64,000 bases of DNA from Yuukianura sp. NJ FZ-2021 (taxonomy: Eukaryota). Made by a program: the position numbers and the translations under genes. The notes under the pieces were generated by a model. That model worked only from the letters and a program-made list of their open reading frames with translations. It had not been told where the DNA came from and did no database searches. Positions 54,301 to 64,000 of the stretch are shown here, one piece after another. The number at the start of each line of letters is the position of its first letter. Within the stretch, counting starts at the first letter, position 1. The stretch is taken from the NCBI GenBank assembly GCA_046563655.1, contig CM102290.1, positions 4,154,001 through 4,218,000 on the forward strand, given 5' to 3'.

Positions 54301-56989
54301 ATCTTCGTCCTCCGTGTCACCAAATTCTTCCGCACCGCCTTCCGTCAAAGAGGCAAACCTTATGCCAGTACCCTCACCTCAGCAAATCCAATATTTACAT
54401 ACGTTTGAAGGACAGGAACTTACCATACAGAAGCAGCCGAATATGGGACTGTCAGACAATCCCAATGACACGTCTCCCGGGTAAATCACTTAAACGCTCA
54501 TTGTTCAAGTTTTTGAGTTGTTCCTGATTTAATTAACCATTTTGGCTTGAATACAGTATTCCGCCCTCACACTTGGATATGAATCCTTCCACCCCGAATC
54601 TGAGTCAGCAAAAACCGTCGCATTCGGCGCCTCCTACCCCTGTCTCAATGAATTCAGTCAACCAGAAGTCAAACGCTGACTCCATGACTTCAAATACAAG
54701 TTCCTCTAAGGTAATTCATTTTTACTTCTAATCTATCGCATTTCATTCGATCAATTGTTTAATCTTGATTAAAGGTTCGGCCTGGCAGCGTCGGTCCAAC
54801 CACAACCCCAAAAAGTAGTACAACTCCTAATCCCAGCCCGGGAATGGACAGAAATTCTCAGCCTGGAACACCACTTCAAATGAGTATGATGGAGATGAAA
54901 AGTTCTGTGACTTTTTCTGGAGGAATGAACATGCCAGGAAATGGACCACAAGGGCCTTGTATGATGAAGCAAATGCCAATGAGTATGGAGTCCCACACTG
55001 AAGTTTCCAGTGGCGTTTATGACAATGTTCCTTTGAATCCGAACTTAAGTGGCCCGCCACCGCCTGGTAGCAAACCGACGTTCGATCCCATCACATCCAT
55101 GGTACAAATGAGTCAACAACTCGGGGGAAATGGAAACTCACCGAACGCTCCTGGCGGAGGGTACATCAAATAAATATTGAATTGATCACCGTTAGCAACA
55201 ATGCTAAGATTTACACCTAATGTTTATTTCCAGAAGTGGCGGTGGTTACGGAATGAACCCAGGCGGCCCTCCAATGAATCCGAATATGGTCAATTTCAAT
55301 ACTTCCATGCACAACATACAAGTAAGTGCATATTTTAATTGTGCCTCCCTAAATCATGTTTTCAGCACATATTTCCTGCTAACAAGTTAAATAATTATTG
55401 ACCGGTCCATCTCTCGTTTCTGTTTTGCAGAACGTTGATGGCGTGGGACTTGGTATGGGTGGCCCGCAAACCGTCAATAATACCTACGTTAACGCTACAA
55501 TGACGATACAGCAAATGAATATACAAAACATGCCTCCCTACATGAATCATGGCGGGCCGAACATGGGGCCGATGAGCCACCAAATGGGGGGAATGGGCCA
55601 GCAGATGGGGCAAATGCAGCCAATGGGTGGAGCACCTCCAGGAATGGGAATGAACCCTGGTGGGCCTATGGTGGGGCCCAACACTATGCCGCATGGAGGA
55701 CAAATGGGGCCAAATTCAATGGGATCTATGGGCCCTGGTGGCCCAATGCCGCACAACACCATGGGCCACAGTGCTTCGATGGGGCCTCATCCAGGAATGG
55801 GACAGAATACGATGGGCCAAATGGGGCCGAACTCAATGAACCCTCAAGGACAGATGGGGCCAAATTCGATGGGCCAACAACAAATGGGCTCCATGGGCCC
55901 AATGTGTGGCGGACGAGGCCCTCCTCCACCACAAATGTATGGCAATCAACCACCTCAGAGGATGAGTGGTCAGGGGTCCAGAGGAGCTCCGTACCGACTG
56001 CCTAATAACCCGCGAGCCTTTGGTGGCACCAACATCCAAGTGAAGCCCAACGCTCCTAATACAATTCAGTACCTTCCAGCCCGCCCTCCTCCTCCTCATA
56101 ATCAAGGTCAAATGTGTCCGCAGACTGGAGTGATGGGGCCTGGACCTGGACCTGGTCCACGAGCACCGCCAAATCTCGAGTTCCTACAGCGCTATACAAA
56201 TCCTAGCCCTGGGCCAGTCGTTAATGTCAACATGGGGGTAAGTGACCTTTTGCATCTTTCTGTTATTGTATTTATGCGTGGCGTCATAATTCCAAATTAG
56301 TAAGAGTACAATGGAACTTGAATCAAGGTAATTGTCCTGGCGAAGGACAAACTAAAACGCTAATGAACTGCGTAGAATGAGATGATTTCGAGGAATGTAG
56401 CATAAAAAACAGGCTTTGGCAGACAATAAGAAATATATTATGTCGAGAACCGGCCAGTCATTTGCTCGAGGGCATGTTTTAAGGATATGTTACCATGTTG
56501 TAGACCAAGCCGTCACACTTCAACATGAGATATTTGTTCATTGGAATATTGGGTTTCTCACAGGGTCAATGACTTTAATGTTTCACTGTTTGATCGTCTT
56601 GTAATTAATTTCAGATAAACGTGAACGTGAATATGCCGGGGAATCGTATGCCAATGCCATATCCAGGCGGCCCGCCTGGTCCTCCTCCTCAGGGAATGGT
56701 GGGGGGTAACGGTTCCTCTCCCTGTGGCGGTCCTATGAGAGGACCAAATCAGGGAATAATGGATCAAGGTCACCAGGGCCAAGGAGGTCAGCAGCTACCA
56801 CCAAGCATGATGGGCAGCGGCAGAGGAGGCGGAATGAAAGGTCCCAATGATCCGGTCTACGCCCAGCAATTCCACGAATTTCAACGGACACTCTACGCCA
56901 CTGGAACAAATAATGGAAGAAATCCAGACATGCCACCCAACATGCAAAATAATCCGAGCACCCCACCCAACCAACAATTCTTCAAGTGA
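51352..56989 (+). CDS. BCL9: BCL9/legless Wnt co-activator, about 11 coding exons
   Basis: HD1 QIFVFSTKLANKAAEAVLQGQFPTIIAFH (Pygopus-binding); HD2 DENLTPQQRHHREEQLAKLRKLQQVL (beta-catenin-binding); long Met/Gly/Pro-rich low-complexity region; ends QQFFK-stop. Confidence 0.9.
52424..52500. mobile_element. Possible relic of a Tc2/pogo-like element end in a BCL9 intron
   Basis: TA-CCGTATTTCCTCACCTATAAGACGCGCA resembles pogo/Tc2-type termini, and an inverted TGCGCGTC occurs at 52493-52500. The second terminus was not recovered. Confidence 0.3.
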
Positions 56990-58884
56990 GAAGTGCAACA
57001 GAAAAACTTGAGATGTGTTATAGTGATTCTACTTTGATTAATTTGTTTCAGTTAAACTAAATACTCCAAAACGACAAATTCATCTTCCCTTGCCAGGATT
57101 ATATTTTGACTTAGAATTCGAACAGACAAAGGTTCGTGACTTGGTGCAATAATTACCTATACTACTGCTACTGAATAACCTAAGCTTCTATAAAAATGTT
57201 ACTGGTTCGAGGGAGAACGGAAGAGAATTATAATTAATACTATAGTTGAATTAAGTGGAAGGATAGGAAATAACATGTACTTAATTGTCACCCAAATAAT
57301 ATTGTTACACAGGGACTTGAAGATAGACTATTGATTTTGTAGGGATTTGTCTTCGTAATCTCCAAAATCTATGAAGTTATCAGACGAATGAAAAATAGCA
57401 ATATTTGTACAATGGATTTGATAGTCTTCACTATTTCTCAGGTTCGCAGAAAGTTTGAGTAGATTTTATGGAATTACTTAAGTAGCAGCTCTTCACAAAT
57501 GAGTTTGTAGGTTGTTTAGAAACAAAACAAAATTAATGCTGATACTTAGCACTTGTAATAATTAATAATCATAGAGTCTTTGTCTCTATTACAACAGAAT
57601 TTAAGAGTTAAAACTTAGGAATTTGTAAACTTAGGCACTGAAACTTCTCTGTTTAGAATCCTGTATATATTCTTAATGTTAGACTTCTTTTTACTTGTTC
57701 CTTCTTGTCATAACTACTATACCATTTTCCTTTATTGTAAAACTCTAAAAACGAGTTTGCAAAAGAACTATTGTTGTGTAAAAAAGGCAGAATTTTGTGA
57801 AAATTTTTTCAAAAAAAAAATACTTACTTATCGTTAGGTAGGTGTAGGTTATGCAGTTGTACAGTTTGTAACTTCCTGCGAGATATTGATACGTCAACTG
57901 CCGGCCTCATAAACACGGAAAACTACTCCCACAGAAGAAATGGAAAATCTACTTAAAAGGAAGCGTTGTAATTGAATAAGTCTTGAGTCTGTACAGAACA
58001 AGAGTGAGTTTAATTGCAGTGCAGAATTTAGTACATCTTTTTTTAATTAATGGTTAAGGACTAGGATTTTTACACGTCTATTTATTGACTAAAACCTTCG
58101 AAATATCTGTACTTACTTTAATGTAACCCCTAAAACTGTCTCTCTCATTCATGCATTTTGTTTGAAAAAAACTGAACATCTACTTATCTGTTTTATTTTC
58201 CATGTGCCAGTTTGTACTAAACGTTTAGTTCTCAATTAAGATACAACGTTTCTCAAAGTGTTTAAGTTCATTTAAAAACTATACCAGTCTATACATTTAT
58301 GCGAGGTGGGTTTTGACGACAAAGGAAACAATGGTTTGGTTGATATTGAATTGCATCAAAATGTATTTCTTTCCTGGCTCAAAATTTTGTTTGTTTTCCG
58401 TTTTTGTTTTGGTTGTATGAAGTTAAGTTTAGTTTGATTTAGAGAATGTACTGTCTTTCCGTAGTACTAACAATGTTGTATGCACAATACCTACAAAAGA
58501 ATGGTAGAACTCTAGTTTTTATTTTATTTTTCTCTATTTTTACGACTAATAATATGAAACTTGAGTGAAATTGCAAGTTGATCACAAGAATTCATTAAGT
58601 GAATCATAGCAGGAAATATGACAGTTTTTGTCCCTGTGTTTTCAAAGAAAATTTGTGTTGATTTTATAGTAATTCTTATGATCTTTAGTAATGGGAATGT
58701 TTTGATACAATTTCCGCCTGGAGAAGTGTTATTTGATGAAAATGTTAGAAAATTATTTTATTGTTTTACTCTATTAATGTGCCATGAAATTAAAATGGAA
58801 AATGATGTAAAAAAGCAACAACAGAAAGGTGAAGTTACTTTAGATTTTGTTTTGAAGATGTTTGTTTATTTGATCCCGTCCCGT

Positions 58885-59345
58885 CCCGAAAATATATGAA
58901 GAAATTTTTAAATTTTTGAAAACTACAAAATCGAACATCAAGTTTTCCGAAAAAAAACAATAGACTATAAAAGTCCATGGATTTTTCCGAAATTTGGTCA
59001 AAATCTGAGGGTACCTTTTTTAAAATTTCTTAAAATACTACATATTTTTGTGAATTCAGAGGCGAAGAGTTTACCTCTCTATCGCTTTCCGTTCCCGAGA
59101 TATGAATTTTCAAAGTTTTGGAAAATTAAAATAAAATTTTGAAAATTTTTATCTCAGGAACGGAAAGCGATAGAGACCTAATTTCTGCGCAAAAAACTTT
59201 CAATAAATATGAAGAAATTTTATAAATTTTGAAAACTCCAAAATCGAACATCAAGTTTTTCGTCAAATTTTGAAAGGAATCATGGACGATAGTCCATGAA
59301 TTTTTTCGAAATTTGGACAAAATCTGAGGGTACCTTTTTAAATTA
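58885..59345. repeat. Second copy of the palindromic dispersed repeat seen at 20.5-21.3 kb
   Basis: Shares GAAATTTGGTCAAAATCTGAGGGTACC, CTCTATCGCTTTCCGTTCCCGAG and ATCTCAGGAACGGAAAGCGATAGAGACCTAAT with 20760-21270. Confidence 0.85.
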
Positions 59346-59823
59346 AAGTATCTTTTTGATTAAAAAAAAGCGAAAAGCCCATCACCTCGAAATCTTCATA
59401 TCGAAGCCTGGAGAATGCCCTTGAAAATCCAAATCCTCGCCCGCAATGGGAATGGTTAAGGAACACAAGCCTAATCTTTTAGGAACTTTCAAAAAATAAT
59501 ACGAAGTATTTTCAGAGATTATATAATGTACCCTGAACTAAGGAAAACTTTCAATAATTTGTTCATTTTGACTCCAGAGGAGACTCGGAATTAATAATAT
59601 GGTTCGTGAAAATTAGACAAGTATGTATCGTGTCAACTTTTAGTTTATTTCCGTGTACGATTAGTTAGTGACGCCGGAGGGGTCCAAGACTTGGGGTCAA
59701 GTATTTCCTGGCTTAGTTCTTGTTAGTGGTAACTTTTGTTTCTAAACATGTTTGATGAGTGATACAAGAATTGGATGGGGAGAGGGAGGTGTGTGGGGAA
59801 TGATACGGCGACTGCGCATGACC

Positions 59824-62800
59824 TCATTTTTCTTTTCTTCTAAAGATCCTACTAAGGACGCTGCGTTTGGTTGATGTCTTGGAAGTGTTACTTCGTTGGG
59901 ATCCCTGGGAGTCACTGACTGAAGGTCGATTCGACATATAGGGCGAGTAATGTTCGGGTAGTTGAGGACAGTCATCCCCTAGACTGAGACTTCCGCCTAA
60001 TTCCCTGTGATTGTACGAATGATCTAAGGCATCTGAGGCATTTGAATGTTTCTTGTCTAAACAAAATTTTGACAAAGTTAGGCTCTTTTTTTCTGTAAAA
60101 GTATTTAGTTTTGTTGAATTTTTAAAAAACATACTTCGTCGGAAGATTCCAAAGAATTGCCTGAGAGCACTTGGGCGACGAGTGGTCAGCGGAGCAACGG
60201 CGTTTGACGGAAGCGTTGCCGAGTGACCTCTACGAACACAAGGATGGGGACCTGACTCCACTCGGTCAATGTCAAGGAGATTCTCATGAGAGCGACTCGT
60301 CTGACGCTCAGTACGTAGAGGTCGTTCTGAAAACAGGGAATCAGTGTATCAGATTTGTTCAAATGATTGCATGCCATTGTTCCGAACGGCAAATTGTTCC
60401 GAAAATAGTTTTAATAGTTTTAATTGAAAATACCTTAATGTACACAAATTCAATTTCGGAGCAACTTGTCTTTTGTATCAATGTACCTTTCGGACTAATT
60501 GAATTCGGAGAAATTGATTCGGAGCAATGGTGTGTTACCGTTCAAATTAGTTTAGGTTAAGCCGAAATTTCGAAATTTCAATCAAGAATGCTTACCTCCT
60601 GCAATTTCTCTTTTGGGAAAGGTATCTGGGAAGTAGTCTTTCTCCGACTCTGAACCTCCACTACTTCTTGCGGCTGAGTGGCGCTGCTGTCGTGGTTCAA
60701 GTGTGGATACAGGACGAGCTGGAGATACTTTAACGGTTACTGGGCTAGAAGTGACTTGGGGAGGTGGAGGTATGAATGACGGTGGATTTTCATACAAGTC
60801 TTCAATATCATCTGCCGTCGGTCGCAACGATTTTCGAAGTGGAGGCGGAGAACTTTGACCTTGATGTATCGGTACTGTGGTACCTTGACTGTCATCTTTG
60901 TAGTAGGAGTCGCTACCACAAACAGCACCGATTGAATCCAAATTCCGTTCCCGCCCTTCGCTTGACGTTTCATAGTCGATTCCGGATGAGGAACTTGTAC
61001 TTTCCAGTTCCCTAGCTTCGGATCCAGATGAACCGAGTCTCTCCTCTTGTGAAAGTCCCAAACTGGAATTCAATGGAGACGCCTCAGCCTGTCGAGGAAG
61101 AGAATTCAAATCGAGCGACACAAGTTCTGCAGTTGATCCGCCTGGAGCTTCCAGCAGTCCTTCCAAATGATTTCCGTTCATCTCCATTACTGCAGTTGGT
61201 GGAGACGCTAAGAGGGCATTAATGCAAGCTGCTTCTCGCATTCCACTTTCTACAACTTTACTACTGAGTTGATCTGCCAGAGAGTCTAGAGATGCAGTAG
61301 CAGTGGGTTCAGATGCAGAGTCTAACGACTTCCTGGTGTCTGAAGTGACGTTTGTGACCTCATTGGTAGGTTTGGATTTGTCACCCTTATCTTCCATATT
61401 GTGTATAGGGATGAAAAAGGCACATGGTTTACGTACTGGAGACGCCGCTTTTTTGAATACAAAACGCTCTTCGGCGGCGTCTTCATCAAGACTAATCACA
61501 GGAGGTGCAAAGACGCCCTTTCGCCAAGTATTTGTGTTAATGGTAGACTTTGCTGGAATTCTAATTTCACTAGCTGGACTCCAGCTCTTGCGAGTGGATG
61601 ACTTGTTAATGTAGGGTTGAACGACGATTGGAGGAGAGGAGGCGGAAGCACTTATAAAGCTCGACATTTTGTCAGACTGAAGGTGAGGATGGTGTTGGTG
61701 ACCAATTTTTTTGGGAATTGGACTCATCTCGCCCTCTCCATCCAATTCCAAGGAGTCATCTGAAAAGTAGTCTTGTTCCTTGGATCCTCTGGCACCAACG
61801 TTTAAGTAGTTTAGATTGGACACGGAGAGTCTCTTTAGTTCATCTGCTGTAAATGTTTCCGTTTCAATGGCTCCCTCTGGCCACAGAAGTGGAGCTTCAT
61901 GCCTATTAATCATACTGAGATAACCATCATCAATGTCCAGAACTTGGTCCAGAGTAGCCGGAGGAGGCTGGTGAGTCGTTAGTACTGGCGATGTTCCGGG
62001 TTGGGTCGGTTGACGACCTTTTCGAGTAAACAGTTCGTTCAAGTTGCGATAAGTAGGAGAGTCCTGACTGCTGTTGTTGTTTGAAGCGTTGTTGACTTGA
62101 GGAGGAAGTTGCGGTCGCGGCGGCGTTTGATTCGATTCCTGGAAACCAATGGCACTAGCATCTTCATATCGCATCCACTGAGCTGGAAGGACGCGGCTGT
62201 CAGGTCCTGGATCTTGCGGAATACTAGATTTGCGTTGATTCAGAAGCGGACTTCGTTTTGGTGAACCATTTCCACCTACCAAATTTTTTCTAAAATCTTT
62301 AGGACTTCTGCAGTACTTTTGCTGTTCCTCTTCGTCATCTTCAACAAAGCAAGTTTTGCGTGTCTTCCTCAAGGATCTTGGCAAATTCTTTTCAATGTGA
62401 CAGTTCCAGTCTTCCTCTCTATCAACTTCTAGAAATCTTTCCAAGTCTTCAGGCTTCATCACAAATGTTACTGGAATCGGTTTCTGAGGAGAGGAAGCCG
62501 AGGACTTTGCAGTAGCTCGACAGGCGTCAACAGATTTGTTGGGTTTGGCTCTTGGCAAGGAACTTCCACTGCTAGAATTCAAAATTCTAGAAGAAGGTGA
62601 AGATGCTGGAGAAATACTGCTGGAAGTCACATTGTTGTTGTTGAAAATTGTTTGCTGACTAGGTGACTGGCTAGTTGCTTTTGGAAAGACAATGCCGTAG
62701 CTCAAGTGATTTCCATTTGCTGAAGTTCCGGTGGTATGCTGTTCAATTTGAAACGGCGGGGATTGGGTGGAAGTCGGACGAGACCCATTGACTTTCTTAC

Positions 62801-63623
62801 TTTGTCGAGCTGGCTTCACAGGAGCAACGTTAGATTGAGGGCGCTGCTCATGTCCTTGACCTCTCTGGGGGCTTGACCTTTGACCTTGACTGTTGTCCAG
62901 CTGAAATCTAGCTTGTGCTGTAGCTTCTTCCTGCATGACTTTATTTGTTTGTTCCAAGGCAGGAACGGATACGGAAGTTATCAAGTTGGTCTGCTGCTGC
63001 TCTCTGTGTGCACTGGACTGTAGAGGCTGAGTATTTGCAAGACCTTGTAATTTTTGCAATGATGCTCCGGATTCAGATGCTACGGATGAAGAAGATGAGT
63101 ATGAAATGGAGTCATCAAATTCAGCAATGACTTCATCCAGGGCCGAAATACAACTCAGAATGTCATCACATCTGTTTTGGACAAAAAAAGACGCCAAAAA
63201 TTAGATCAGAGTTGAAATCAAAGTTTTTGTTATAATGAAAAAAAAATCACCAAAAATTTAACTTGTAAATCCCAAATAGTACACGTAATTATCAAGGTGA
63301 CTAAATTGAATATCACGGATGTGTATATGTGTTGGTGTGTTGTTACAAGGTTTTTTCTAAAGTTAAAACTTAATGTTTAGCTTCACTGAAAGATGCACCA
63401 GAATAAGAAGATGACGATCCCACTAGGAATTGAAATGAAGAAGATGTTCAAGGCGGAATGAATGGGAGCGTAGCAGAGTATTCATGGAAATTGGGATTAA
63501 GCGGAAATTAATCTGCCCAAAAGTTGAAAACTGGCAACTAAAATTTATAGTTATGAGCTACTATACCTCTCCTAGTTTCTAGTTCCTACAGTCCTATTAA
63601 TCTACTTACGTCCCATCACTCAT
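59824..63623 (-). CDS. Uncharacterised, largely disordered Ser/Pro/Gln-rich protein, about 1004 aa, 4 exons
   Basis: Exons 63623-63610 (ATG AGT GAT GGG AC/GTAAGT), 63171-60596 (2576-nt open exon), 60326-60135 and 60056-59824 join in frame with GT-AG ends. No recognisable globular domain. The 14-nt first exon was chosen by phase match; other upstream exons outside the window are possible. Confidence 0.75.
60373..60540. mobile_element. Degenerate MITE-like relic in an intron of the orphan gene
   Basis: CCATTGTTCCGAA (~60374) is inverted against TTCGGAGCAATGG (~60518). TCCGAA repeats on the left and TTCGGA repeats on the right. Confidence 0.35.
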
Positions 63624-64000
63624 CCGCCACTTTAATCAACTTACAAACACTAGACCACAGAACGCACTTTAAATAATACGCTTTTACTTTTGAACCAAAC
63701 TTCCCTGTACGCCTTCCTATCCTCAACCACCACCACTGCAACCGCCAGCCAACAAATCTTTCTTCAAAAGTTTTCAGTTTTAACTTGAGAAACTAAAATC
63801 CTTTGAGAAAAAAGCAGTTCGGAAAAAATCATGAGAGCGTCGAAATAGGCAGGTACTGTTTGCTACTCTGAAGATTTTCTGGTGACATGACTTCGATGAC
63901 TAGAAAATGTTACAAATAGAAGTCAATGCTCACTAACAGACTGCAATAACATTAACTTTAGACAAGAAAACAAGGAGTGGGAAATGGTGACATGAAGCTT

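Noticed and set aside
53458..56998. Several minus-strand ORFs overlapping BCL9 exons
   Set aside because: Antisense shadows of GC-rich Gly/Pro/Met codons with no independent coding signal.
20762..59320. Near-identical 64-aa ORFs at 20762-20956 and 59126-59320
   Set aside because: Chance frames within two copies of the same non-coding repeat.
1..64000. CRISPR arrays, tRNA, rRNA, prokaryotic operons or an autonomous transposase/reverse transcriptase
   Set aside because: None seen. All repeats are inverted or long tandem units without unique spacers, and all long ORFs are exons of the spliced genes listed.

Overview
AT-rich eukaryotic (arthropod-type) genomic DNA with many short introns of about 60-100 nt. 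The architecture suggests a non-dipteran hexapod such as a collembolan, which is inference only. Eight spliced protein-coding genes can be assembled by hand: (1) a GT43 beta-1,3-glucuronosyltransferase (GlcAT-P/S-like, +, 11016-19823); (2) a two-domain TUT4/7-type terminal uridylyltransferase (-, 22273-27134); (3) GPATCH3 (-, 28063-30246); (4) myosin IC/Myo61F (+, 34131-41294); (5) GDP-forming succinyl-CoA ligase beta SUCLG2 (-, 42187-44116); (6) a divergent DNAJC7-like TPR/J-domain co-chaperone (+, 45547-48526); (7) BCL9/legless (+, 51352-56989); (8) an approximately 1004-aa disordered orphan protein rich in SH2-type tyrosine motifs (-, 59824-63623). Non-coding DNA holds several non-autonomous DNA transposons. 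These include a young hAT-type MITE with perfect 18-bp TIRs and an 8-bp TSD, and a TTAGG-containing foldback element whose target-site duplication copied a splice donor. A palindromic repeat family sits at two convergent gene junctions, and a dense nuclear-receptor half-site cluster lies upstream of myosin IC. No tRNA, rRNA or CRISPR was seen. I found no single clearly new multi-gene system; the best leads are listed under findings.
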